Of a stretch of DNA of 64,000 nucleotides, positions 21,191 to 30,226 are shown in pieces (positions within the stretch are counted from its first letter, which is position 1; every line of letters starts with the position of its first letter). Position numbers and translations under genes: made by a program. Under the pieces are notes generated by a model. The model had not been told where the DNA came from. It searched no databases and saw nothing but the letters and a program-made list of their open reading frames with translations. Source of the stretch: Nitrospirota bacterium (lineage in GTDB: Bacteria; Nitrospirota; Thermodesulfovibrionia; Thermodesulfovibrionales; JdFR-86); NCBI GenBank assembly GCA_963721805.1, contig CAVRJY010000004.1:160001-224000 (forward strand). The letters are read 5' to 3'.

Positions 21191-21219
21191 TTTATACATA
21201 ATTATGCCCGGCTTGTCAA
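21191..21219 (-). promoter_or_regulatory. Sigma70 promoter of the porin-cytochrome operon
   Basis: TTGACA-17 nt-TATAAA, 6 nt upstream of the ATG. Confidence 0.7.
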
Positions 21220-21367
21220 GAAAAAATATCCTCATGAAAATAAATTTTAGCGCAGCCCTATTATCGTTATAATCCGGCCATCCGCGGCAGCCCCGGCGCG
21301 TTCCCGGCGGATGGGGTTTTATCCCGATTAGTGCTGCCGCGCGGGCATGTGCTAAAATAGCAGCCCT

Positions 21368-22915
21368 ATGCCGAAATCTGATGGAATCGTATACCTGGTC
21401 GGGGCCGGTCCCGGCGACATCGGCCTCCTTACTATAAAAGGACTCCGCTGCCTGAGCCGCGCCGATGTCGTTGTCTACGACTTCCACCTCAACGCCCAGG
21501 TGCTCAACTACATCCGCCACGACGCCGAGTTCATCTACGCCGGCAAGCGCGGCGGCCACCACACGATGACCCAGGACGACATAAACGCCGTGCTCGTCGA
21601 GAAGGCCAAAGAGGGCAAGCGCGTATGCCGCCTCAAGGGCGGCGACCCGTTCGTCTTCGGCCGGGGGGGCGAGGAGGCCGAGGCGCTGGCGGCCGAGGGC
21701 CTCGCGTTCGAGGTCGTCCCCGGCGTGAGCTCGTCGGTCGCGGCCCCGGCGTATGCCGGAATCCCGCTTACGCACCGCCGCCTGAGCTCGTCCTTCGCGG
21801 TCGTGCCGGGCTATGAGGACATGACCCGTAAGGACGTCTCCGCGATAGACTGGTCGAAGCTCGCAACCGGCGTCGGCACGCTCGTATTTCTGATGGCCGT
21901 AAAAAACATAACCGAACTGATGAACAAGCTGATCGAGCACGGCCGCCCGATAGATACGCCAGTGGCGGTCATACGCTGGGGCACGCGCGCCGACCAGCGG
22001 ACGCTCGTAAGCACGCTCGGGCGCATAGCGGCCGAGGTCAAGGAAAACGACATCAGGCCCCCGGCCGTCATGGTCGTAGGCGAGGTCGTGCGGCTCAGAG
22101 AGACGCTCAACTGGTTCGAGAAAAAACCGATGTTCGGCCAGCGCGTGCTCGTAACCCGCGAACACTCAGGCGGCTTCGACCTGCTTGAAGACCTCGGCGC
22201 GGAGGTCATAGAGTTCCCGACCATCCGCATCGCCCCGCCTGAAAGCTGGGCCGAGGTGGACCGGGCCCTTGATAATATTGCCGCGGGCCGGGCCCCCTAC
22301 GGCTGGGCGGTATTCACGAGCGCAAACGGGGTGAAGTATTTCTTTAATCGCATGACCGAGACCGGCGGCGACATCCGCGACCTAAAGGGCGTCAAGCTCT
22401 GCGCGATCGGAGAGAAGACCGCCGAGCGGCTGCGCTCGATGGGGCTGCGCGTCGATATGGTCCCCGAGGAGTTCAACGCCGAGGGGCTCACCGAGGCTTT
22501 CCTTAAACTGACAAAGAACAATAACTTCGAGGGCATGCGCTTCCTGCTGCCGCGCGCCGAGGAGGCCCGCGAGAAATTCCCCGATGCGGTGCGCAAGCTC
22601 GGCGGACATATAGACACGGTCACGGCATACCGGGCCGCGCTCCCTGAGCGCCACCCCAGACGGCTTAAGCGCTTCCTCAAAGAGGGCCGCATCTCGATAG
22701 CCACGTTTACGAGCGCCGCGACGTTCAGGAACTTCATCACCCTGATGGATGAGGGGCTCGAGCCCCTAAAAGACGTAACCATCGCAGCGATCGGGCCGGT
22801 GACGAAGCGCGCGATAGAGCGCGAAGGTCTAAAGGTCACGATCATGCCGGAGAAGGCCACTGTCGATGCCATGGTCGAGGCGATCCGCGTCTGGGCCACA
22901 TCCCCCAAAAAATAA
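21368..22915 (+). CDS. cobA: Uroporphyrinogen-III C-methyltransferase / uroporphyrinogen-III synthase fusion (CobA-HemD)
   Basis: LVGAGPGD and RLKGGDPFVFGRGGEE; HemD part with FTSANGV and FTSAAT. Confidence 0.95.
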   Translation: MPKSDGIVYLVGAGPGDIGLLTIKGLRCLSRADVVVYDFHLNAQVLNYIRHDAEFIYAGKRGGHHTMTQDDINAVLVEKAKEGKRVCRLKGGDPFVFGRGGEEAEALAAEGLAFEVVPGVSSSVAAPAYAGIPLTHRRLSSSFAVVPGYEDMTRKDVSAIDWSKLATGVGTLVFLMAVKNITELMNKLIEHGRPIDTPVAVIRWGTRADQRTLVSTLGRIAAEVKENDIRPPAVMVVGEVVRLRETLNWFEKKPMFGQRVLVTREHSGGFDLLEDLGAEVIEFPTIRIAPPESWAEVDRALDNIAAGRAPYGWAVFTSANGVKYFFNRMTETGGDIRDLKGVKLCAIGEKTAERLRSMGLRVDMVPEEFNAEGLTEAFLKLTKNNNFEGMRFLLPRAEEAREKFPDAVRKLGGHIDTVTAYRAALPERHPRRLKRFLKEGRISIATFTSAATFRNFITLMDEGLEPLKDVTIAAIGPVTKRAIEREGLKVTIMPEKATVDAMVEAIRVWATSPKK

Positions 22916-22994
22916 CGCTTCACACCAAACCGTTTCCATACTATACTTTGCTATGGAAGGCCCCCTTTGTCCGTCCGGGATCAGGAGGCAACAC

Positions 22995-23258
22995 ATGGCA
23001 AGGCTCGATGTGGAAAAGTACAGGGAGATGTACCTCAAGGAAGTAGAGAAGCGCATAATGTCCCGCAAGGACAAGGTCCCGCACTTCTCACCACAGCTCC
23101 TCTCGGACGCGATCCGCGAGGAGATGAACCGGGCAAACCCCGACACCTGGGAGGTCGACGTCCCCGACGACAGGGAAAAGGCCATCGCCGAGGCCGAAAA
23201 GAGGATCCTCAGCATCATGGCGGTCAACAAGGACGTCGGCCTAGGCAAGTCCTTTTAG
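22995..23258 (+). CDS. Hypothetical protein
   Basis: AGGAGG RBS; codon usage typical of the backbone. Confidence 0.7.
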   Translation: MARLDVEKYREMYLKEVEKRIMSRKDKVPHFSPQLLSDAIREEMNRANPDTWEVDVPDDREKAIAEAEKRILSIMAVNKDVGLGKSF

Positions 23259-23472
23259 GGACCACCCAACACTCACTGACGGCGGCTCGGCCGTCACCAC
23301 CAGAACGGACGGACATCGGGGGCGCTTATTTATCCCGTGGCCTCGGCCACGCGTTCATCACGGGGCGCAGGATGGCGGGCGGATTAAATGCCGCTGCCAA
23401 TCCGGGCTCAGCGGGAATTTGTAGCGCTTTATATTGCAAAGCCCCGGCGCGAGCCGCTATAATCCGGGACGT

Positions 23473-23718
23473 ATGGTCCGCATAACCTTCTACAGCAAGG
23501 ACGGCTGCTGGCTCTGCGACGCGGCAAGAGAGATGCTCAACGGGCTTAAGGAGCGCCATGACATCAGGCTCACGGACGTCGACATCGCCTCCACGGAGGA
23601 GCTCTACGAACTCTACCGCTTCGACGTCCCGGTGCTGGAGTTCAAAGACGGCTCGACCCTCCACGGCCATATCAGGAAATCCCATCTCATGAGGAAGCTC
23701 GATGAACATAAGGAATGA
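23473..23718 (+). CDS. Glutaredoxin-like protein (DUF836-type)
   Basis: FYSKDGCWLC...DVPVL. Confidence 0.85.
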   Translation: MVRITFYSKDGCWLCDAAREMLNGLKERHDIRLTDVDIASTEELYELYRFDVPVLEFKDGSTLHGHIRKSHLMRKLDEHKE

Positions 23719-23992
23719 GGACGTACGCTCGATCACGGTCGAGATACCGGAGGGCCACCACCACCTGCGCAGCACCCTGCTGCTCAATGACGGCACGGAG
23801 CTGACATTGCAGGAGGCCACGGTTGCGAACCTCGTGCGCGCGTTTCTGGGCGTCAAGACCCATCCCACGCGGCGGCGTATGGCGCTCTCGGGCCGCGAGG
23901 TCGCCGAGGGCCTAAAACACGGCTTCGCCCAGTGGCAGCTGCTGGAGCCCGAAGAAGGAGGCGGCTTACATGCCAATACCAAGGCTGTTTAA
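23702..23992 (+). CDS. Hypothetical protein
   Basis: Overlapping operon arrangement; backbone codon usage. Confidence 0.7.
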   Translation: MNIRNEDVRSITVEIPEGHHHLRSTLLLNDGTELTLQEATVANLVRAFLGVKTHPTRRRMALSGREVAEGLKHGFAQWQLLEPEEGGGLHANTKAV

Positions 23993-24329
23993 CTTGCGGA
24001 CGCTCTCTATAGAGGCCGGCGGCGAGTACGTCCTCGGCCTCAGGGACCTCGACACGCACGCCTGCTACATGATCTACGGCACTGTCCTGCCTGGCGCGGC
24101 GCCGCGCCTCATCAAGCCAGGCGACGGGCACGAGGAGATCATCCTCTGCGTAAGCGGGGAGTTTACGGTCACCGGCCACTTCAGCGGAACGCTCAAGGAA
24201 GGCGAGGCCTTCCACATCAGGGAAGAGGCCGAGTGCTATCTCTCGAACCCGACCACCAACCCCGCGGTATATGTCGCCGCGGGCGGCCACTCAGAGACGG
24301 GCCACCACGGCCACAGCCACGCACACTGA
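23970..24329 (+). CDS. Cupin-like protein with His-rich tail
   Basis: GHEEIILCVSG...LKEGEAF; ends HHGHSHAH. Confidence 0.65.
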   Translation: MPIPRLFNLRTLSIEAGGEYVLGLRDLDTHACYMIYGTVLPGAAPRLIKPGDGHEEIILCVSGEFTVTGHFSGTLKEGEAFHIREEAECYLSNPTTNPAVYVAAGGHSETGHHGHSHAH

Positions 24330-24449
24330 GGGGCCGAATGGCCCCTATCCGCGCAGCTATCGCTCCGCTCACACGAACAGCGGTTGCGCTATCTGTGGCG
24401 CGTATGATTTATCCCGCATGACAGGCCGATTAACAGGATCGAGACATCC

Positions 24450-24947
24450 ATGACCGAAGAGCCCCCGGATAATGTGCTGCCCATCAGGGAAGCCTCTGCC
24501 GGCGACATCCCCGAACTGGCGAGGCACCACAGGGAGATGTTCGAGGAGGTATGGGAGGCGATGGGCAAGTCGGTCGAGAGCTCGCAGGCAGGTACGCTCG
24601 AAGAGGCTTACGCACGAAAGCTGCGCGCACAGCTCAATGGCGCGTGCAAGGCCTGGGTGATCGAGGCCGGGGGCAGAGCAATCGCAAGCGGCGCGATCTC
24701 GATCGTAAGCTACGTCCCCACCCCGCTTGACCCGCACAGTGACGTCGCGTACCTGCACAGCATGTTCACCGAGAAGCGCTACAGGGGCAGGCGCTGCGCG
24801 AGCAGGATAATCCAGGAGGCGTTAAATTATTGCAGGGCCAGAGGGATCAAGAGGGTCATGCTCTTTGCGAGCGAAGCGGGGAGGCCTCTATATGAGCAGA
24901 TAGGGTTCAGCCCGGTCCCGAACATGATGCGGCTGATACTTGAGTGA
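24450..24947 (+). CDS. GNAT family N-acetyltransferase
   Basis: MFTEKRYRGRRCA and GRPLYEQIGF. Confidence 0.88.
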   Translation: MTEEPPDNVLPIREASAGDIPELARHHREMFEEVWEAMGKSVESSQAGTLEEAYARKLRAQLNGACKAWVIEAGGRAIASGAISIVSYVPTPLDPHSDVAYLHSMFTEKRYRGRRCASRIIQEALNYCRARGIKRVMLFASEAGRPLYEQIGFSPVPNMMRLILE

Positions 24948-24964
24948 CTTTCTGATACCTGCCG

Positions 24965-26086
24965 CTAAGGCATCGTGATCGAGCCGAGCACAACGCGCTC
25001 GCGCGCCCCGGTGGCGGCCGGTACGTTGGAGGGCCGCCCAGAGAGGGTCTCGTTGGCGAGCACCGCAAAGCAGAGGGCTTCGCGCGCGGCCGAGGGTATG
25101 CCGTAGCGTTCGGTCGTCCCTATGACAACCGCGCCCATCGCATCCTGTATCAGCCCCATCAGATAGGCGTTCTCGGTGCCGCCACCCGCAAAGACTATCT
25201 CGGCGGGCCGCGTCACCGGGAAAACGAACCTCTCGTAGGCCTCGGCGATGCTCCGGGCGGTGAAGTGCGCGAGCGTGCAAAGCAGGTCCTCGGGCCTGAG
25301 CCTGCGCCCGCCGAGCATCGCATCGACCGCGCCCAGGTTGAACGTCTCGCGGCCAGTGGACTTCGGGGGGTGCGTCTTCAGGTACGGCATCGACATGAGC
25401 TTACGAAGCAGGGCCTCGTCCGGCCTGCCGCGCCGCGCAACAGCGCCGTTTCTATCGCATGGTTTCTTCAGGTATGCCGCTGAGGCCTCGTCCATCAGGC
25501 AGTTGCCAGCGCCGGTGTCAAACGCGATCATGTCTTCCAACTTCGGCGTGACCAGCGTGAGGTTCGATATCCCGCCTATGTTGTGCACGGCTATGGCGCG
25601 CTGGCCCCCGCCGAATATCACCCAGTCCGCAAAGGGCACGAGCGGCGCGCCCTGCCCCCCGGCCGCGATGTCCGCGCTGCGGAAGTTCGATACCACAGGC
25701 CGCAGGGTCCGCCTCGCGATCACCGCGGGCTCGCCTATCTGGAGCGTGGAGCCGGCCCTGCCCCGGGCGCGCGGGACATGGCATATGGTCTGGCCGTGCG
25801 ATGCGATGGCCGCGATATCGCGCATCGGCACCCTGGCCTCCGACGCGCACCTGATCGCGGCCTGGGCGAACGCCTCGCCCATGGCGAAGTTCAGCTCGCA
25901 TATCTGGCGCGTACTGCCGTCGAACGCGGCGGCGATCGAGCGCCTCAGCGCCGCAGGGTGGGGCATGTGGGCGTGGTGAAAGAGGCGGGGTGCACCGCCG
26001 TCACTGCCGAACCCGGCAATGACGGCGTCCGTACCGTCGTGCGACGTCCCTGACATGAGGCCGAGAATCAGCCTCGGCCCGGTCAC
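24965..26086 (-). CDS. anmK: Anhydro-N-acetylmuramic acid kinase
   Basis: Motifs GLMSGTSHDG, SHGQT, GGQGAPLVP, NIGGISN and PKSTGRE. Confidence 0.95.
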   Translation of the reverse strand: MTGPRLILGLMSGTSHDGTDAVIAGFGSDGGAPRLFHHAHMPHPAALRRSIAAAFDGSTRQICELNFAMGEAFAQAAIRCASEARVPMRDIAAIASHGQTICHVPRARGRAGSTLQIGEPAVIARRTLRPVVSNFRSADIAAGGQGAPLVPFADWVIFGGGQRAIAVHNIGGISNLTLVTPKLEDMIAFDTGAGNCLMDEASAAYLKKPCDRNGAVARRGRPDEALLRKLMSMPYLKTHPPKSTGRETFNLGAVDAMLGGRRLRPEDLLCTLAHFTARSIAEAYERFVFPVTRPAEIVFAGGGTENAYLMGLIQDAMGAVVIGTTERYGIPSAAREALCFAVLANETLSGRPSNVPAATGARERVVLGSITMP

Positions 26087-26766
26087 GAGATAAGTTCTTT
26101 GTTTACGGTGATCTTAAGCCCGCTCTTGAGCCCGTTGACATATGACTTGAGCGCGGCCTGGCGCTTCATGTCCAGCAGTTCCGTCAGGATCGTCTCCCTG
26201 AGCTTGGGGTCGGTGGCCGAGGCGGCCAGCGTGTCCTGCTCGTAGGGGCTCAGCTCGACCGAGTCCTCGACCGCGCGCCTGATCTTCTCCGCCAGCAGCT
26301 CGTTGCGCCGCGACTCCTCGAACCTCGCCGGGGTCAGGTGGTTGAGCTCCAGCGTGCGCAGGTAGACCTCTTTGTTGAAGGCGCCGTTGCGCACGAACGA
26401 CGGGTCTGAGGTGATCGCCTCCTGGAGCTCGTCGTCAGAGACCGTGAAGCCCTCGGCGCGGGCCGCGACGAGCAGGACGCGGTTGTCTATTATGCTGTCG
26501 AGGACCTGGGTCTTGAGTTCGTCGCGCATCTTCTGGTCGAACTTCTCCTTGTACGTCTCGCGGTAGACCTCGGTCATGCGGTCATAGGTGCGCCAGTAGT
26601 CCTCGACCGGCACCTTCTCGGCGCCGACCTCGGCGAGGTACTGCACCTGCTTCTTTCCGCCGTTTTGGCGGTCAACGCTGCCCACGCCCCAGAAGATGAA
26701 CGAAAGGATAACGACGATGAACAGAACGTAAAAATACCTGGCGTGTTTCCGCATTCCCTGAAGCAT
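26083..26766 (-). CDS. SurA/PpiD N-terminal domain chaperone
   Basis: MLQGMRKH followed by a TM segment; VSDDEL...NGAFNKEVY. Confidence 0.82.
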   Translation of the reverse strand: MLQGMRKHARYFYVLFIVVILSFIFWGVGSVDRQNGGKKQVQYLAEVGAEKVPVEDYWRTYDRMTEVYRETYKEKFDQKMRDELKTQVLDSIIDNRVLLVAARAEGFTVSDDELQEAITSDPSFVRNGAFNKEVYLRTLELNHLTPARFEESRRNELLAEKIRRAVEDSVELSPYEQDTLAASATDPKLRETILTELLDMKRQAALKSYVNGLKSGLKITVNKELIS

Positions 26767-26771
26767 ATGTC

Positions 26772-27167
26772 CTAATACCTCCCTGAAAAGTAGTCTTCGA
26801 GTATCCTCGCGTGGTCAAACGCGATATCCCCGGGCAGCGCGCCGCGCTGAAAAACCCCGGCATCCGCGGCATCGTCGCCGGCCCGGAGTTCGCCCGAACC
26901 CTCGGCCACGAACACGACCGATACGGTGTGTCCCCTCGGGTCACGCGCCGGATCGGAATACGCGTGCATCTGGCGGATGAGCCTGATCCGCAGTCCGGTC
27001 TCCTCGCGGGCCTCGCGCACCGCCGCATCCTCGAGCGTCTCGCCGGTCTCGACGAACCCGCCGGGGATCGCCCATCCGGGCGGAGGATACCTGCGCTTGA
27101 CCAGCACGATCCCGCCCCCGAACTCGATGATAGCGTCGACGGTGAGCCGTGGCCCCCTCGGTTCCAT
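26772..27167 (-). CDS. NUDIX hydrolase
   Basis: Nudix box [23 protein letters not shown]. Confidence 0.93.
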   Translation of the reverse strand: MEPRGPRLTVDAIIEFGGGIVLVKRRYPPPGWAIPGGFVETGETLEDAAVREAREETGLRIRLIRQMHAYSDPARDPRGHTVSVVFVAEGSGELRAGDDAADAGVFQRGALPGDIAFDHARILEDYFSGRY

Positions 27168-27225
27168 TGATTAATATTTTACAGCAATCGCATTGCAAAA
27201 GGGAACTTCTGAAAGCGCGCCATAA

Positions 27226-27909
27226 CTACAGCAACCCGCGTTCCCTGAAACTGTAGTGCCCCGCACTGCCGATAATGAGGTGGTCCAGCACGCGCAGGCT
27301 CATGCCCCTGGCCAGGCGCGCGAGTTCGGCGGTGAGCGCCTTGTCGTGCTCGGAGGGCTTGGCCGCGCCGCCCGGATGGTTATGGACGAAGATCACCCCG
27401 GTGGCGTTGTTGGCGAGCGCCCGCTCGATGATCTTGCGCGGGTATACCGCCGACTCGTCCACCGTGCCCTCGTGCACGACCTCGTCGGCGATGACCTCGT
27501 TGGCCGAGTTCAGGAACACGACCCTGAACTGCTCGTCGCGCAGGCCGGACATCTTAAGCGTGCAGTACTCGATCAGGGCCCCGGTGGAGGATACGGCCTT
27601 CCCCGCCCTGGCCGTGTCGCGCAGGTAGAGGGCTCCGCACTCCTTCACCGCCTTGATGAGCACGGCCGCGTTGCTGCCGATGCCCTTCACCGCGGTGAGC
27701 TCGTCCACGCTTGCGTCGATGACACCCCTGAAGCCGCCGAAGCGCTTCAGCAGGTCCTTCGCGAGGGGCTTTACGTCGCGCCTTGGGATGGCGTACATGA
27801 GCAGGAGCTCGATGGCCTCGTAGTCGTGCATGGCCTCCGCTCCGGCGCGGAGGAACCGGGCCCTGAGGCGTTGCCTGTGGCCGGCGTAATGGGGCTGCTG
27901 GTCGTCCAT
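27226..27909 (-). CDS. radC: RadC-like JAB domain protein
   Basis: Motifs GHRQRLR, HNHPGG, PSEHD and LDHLII. Confidence 0.93.
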   Translation of the reverse strand: MDDQQPHYAGHRQRLRARFLRAGAEAMHDYEAIELLLMYAIPRRDVKPLAKDLLKRFGGFRGVIDASVDELTAVKGIGSNAAVLIKAVKECGALYLRDTARAGKAVSSTGALIEYCTLKMSGLRDEQFRVVFLNSANEVIADEVVHEGTVDESAVYPRKIIERALANNATGVIFVHNHPGGAAKPSEHDKALTAELARLARGMSLRVLDHLIIGSAGHYSFRERGLL

Positions 27910-27936
27910 ACGCAGGGATTATAACACCGGGGGCGG

Positions 27937-29190
27937 TTAGGAGTCGGCTGGTATCTGCAGTCTCTGCCCCGGCTTGAGGCGCGTGGAGCGGTTAATGTCG
28001 TTGGCGTCGATGATGTCCTGCGTGTCGATGCCGTTTCGGCGCGCTATGCTCCAGAGGTTGTCGCCCTTCTTCACGACGTACCGCTTCGAGCCCGCGGCGC
28101 GCTTCGCGCCTGCCTGCTGCCTCGACGCGACGGCCTTTCTCTTGCGCGTGTGCCTGGCCGAGGCGTATTCGTCCTTGCCGGGGGCCGAGGCATGGTCCGG
28201 CATGTTTGCGATGAACGCCGCACGCGTGCCGACCGGGAGCTTCAGCACGTAATCGTCACCCGGCGGGGTGCGCTGCTTCTTGAGTTCGGGGTTCAGTTCC
28301 TTGATGGCCTCCGGCTCGACCCCAGCGGCCTGCCCGATGTCCGCAAGCGAGAGCTGATAGGGGATGTGCACTTCCTCGTACTGGAGGCCGTCCTCGTACT
28401 GGAGGTCCTCAAACCCGTAGGCCTCCGGGTCGTCCGCGATCAGCTTGGCCGCGATAAAGCGCGGGACGTACTCCTTGGTCTCGTTCTTGATCTGGCGCGT
28501 AGAGGCTATCGCCCAGAAGTCGTTGGAGTTCGTGTGGTCTATGGCGCGCGCGATCTTCATCTCCCCGGCGTTATAGGCCGCCATCGCAAGCTCCCACGAG
28601 TTGAACATCCCGTAGAGGTCCTTCATGTAGTGCGCCGCGGCGTGCGTGGACTTCACCGGGTCTCTGCGTTCGTCGACCCACTTGTCGATGCGCAGGCCGT
28701 AGCGCTTGCCGGTCTCGGGGATGAACTGCCAGGGCCCGGCCGCCTTCTTGGGCGAGAGCGCCTTGGTAGAGAAGCCGCTCTCGATCATCGACATGAAGAC
28801 GATGTCCGAGGGGATGCCCTCTTTTTTGAGGATGTCGGTCATGACCGTGATGTAGCGGCCCGAGCGCTGCAGGTAGAGCGCGAAGCGCTTCTTGATCGCC
28901 TCGGAAAACAGCTCGATGTTGCGCCTCACGGCAATCACGGCCATCGGGTTTTGCCGGAATTCGCTCATGCTCCGAAGGCCGATGTAGCCGGGTATGTCCA
29001 CGACGTCGCTCATCGGGTAGTTGTCGTCCGTCAGGCAGAGGCCGGGGTCGTGCGGCTCGCGCCCCAGCAGTATCGACGCCGAGGGGCTGGCCTGCACCCC
29101 GAACAGCTCGGCCGCGTTATTGGCGCTGGCAAGAGTCGCGGTGCCCAGAAGCAACACCCCGAGCGTCAGGGAAACCAGAACTTTTTGCAT
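27937..29190 (-). CDS. mltD: MltD-like lytic transglycosylase with LysM domain
   Basis: IESGF, AAGPWQF, AAYNAGE, ETKEYVP and a C-terminal LysM. Start at MQKVL inferred. Confidence 0.85.
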   Translation of the reverse strand: MQKVLVSLTLGVLLLGTATLASANNAAELFGVQASPSASILLGREPHDPGLCLTDDNYPMSDVVDIPGYIGLRSMSEFRQNPMAVIAVRRNIELFSEAIKKRFALYLQRSGRYITVMTDILKKEGIPSDIVFMSMIESGFSTKALSPKKAAGPWQFIPETGKRYGLRIDKWVDERRDPVKSTHAAAHYMKDLYGMFNSWELAMAAYNAGEMKIARAIDHTNSNDFWAIASTRQIKNETKEYVPRFIAAKLIADDPEAYGFEDLQYEDGLQYEEVHIPYQLSLADIGQAAGVEPEAIKELNPELKKQRTPPGDDYVLKLPVGTRAAFIANMPDHASAPGKDEYASARHTRKRKAVASRQQAGAKRAAGSKRYVVKKGDNLWSIARRNGIDTQDIIDANDINRSTRLKPGQRLQIPADS

Positions 29191-29265
29191 GGTAAGATAA
29201 TCGCCCATTCGCCCCAAAAAGTCAAGGGGGCGAGGGATACTTTTACCTATATCGGCGTCTCTTCC

Positions 29266-29536
29266 AAAGCGCTCCAAATCGCTTGATACTGCGTTGGGCT
29301 TCAAAGACTCGCCCTCTATGTACGTCACATCAGTCCGCTTGGTCAAGCGTCCGGGGCCTTTTTCAAAGCGCTCCAAATCGTTTGATACTGCGTTGGGCTT
29401 CAAAGACTCGCCCTCTATGTACGCCCAAGTACACCATCGGGCGGTCTTCTCGCCCTGCCTTGTCTGAAGACGATTTGGGCGCGCTTTCGGGGGGCACGGA
29501 CAAAGGCCGCCCCCCGCGCCCCACAAGGTCAACGGC
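29266..29536 (+). repeat. Family A repeat, copy 5, with an extra 99-bp tandem partial unit
   Basis: aaagcgctccaaatcg occurs at 29266 and 29365; highly similar to copy 3. Confidence 0.88.
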
Positions 29537-29945
29537 ATGATTTGAGGCATGTTCTGATGCTCGCGCTTAGGTATAGTTACGCATTCCGCGCGCGTGCGCG
29601 CGCGTTTTTGCGTCTTTTGTTCGGATGTTGGGCAAGAATATGGCGATAATATCTTGAAAACACTCATTTGTTTGTCAGCCCTCTGTTCGGATGTTCGGAT
29701 AAAAGACGCGTTTTCTGGCCCATCATCCGAACACGCGGCGCTTGTCGAACACGCAGAACACTTCGGCTCCGCGCTGAGTGCTTGATGGCCTCTTGTCTTC
29801 CCTTTCAAATACATACCTAACTTACTCATCGCACCACTATACACCAAAGAAGGCCAAACTTTGGTTTATATATAAACCGAAGATAATAGGAAAAATTTAG
29901 GTTCGTGCGTTTTCTATTAACTTACGATTAACTATGGTTAATAAG
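29537..29945 (-). repeat. Inner module homologous to 8478-8830
   Basis: Shared gcttaggtatagttacgcattccgcgcg, gttcggatgtt repeats and the ctttggtttatatataaacc palindrome. Confidence 0.8.
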
Positions 29946-30226
29946 CGCTCACCTACATCAGACACACGACACCGTCAAATTCAATGCACTGAACTTTGGA
30001 CACGCACGGACGCGGTTTGTTAATTTGGCTTCTAGCCTGGGTTTTCTCGCAACGAGTTGATTACATATAGAAAATAACCATTCTGTTATATTCAATCATT
30101 ACTGTATTTTCTGCCTTTTCATACCGCTTCTGCTACAATTTTGCTCCAGTCAGAAAGCCTCTAATATATAATTGCAAAGATTAATATTTTGGTGCTTCTG
30201 ATATAATTATTGCGGTAATAACTATC

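Noticed and set aside
27226..27909. RadC as a marker of a mobile element
   Set aside because: It is the full-length chromosomal type with an N-terminal HhH region, in a housekeeping context with backbone composition.
29191..29847. N-terminal extensions given by the ORF track for mltD (also PLC-like, lptD, hisG, bactofilin)
   Set aside because: The extensions run through repeat DNA or overlap other genes. Signal peptides and family motifs begin at the downstream starts.
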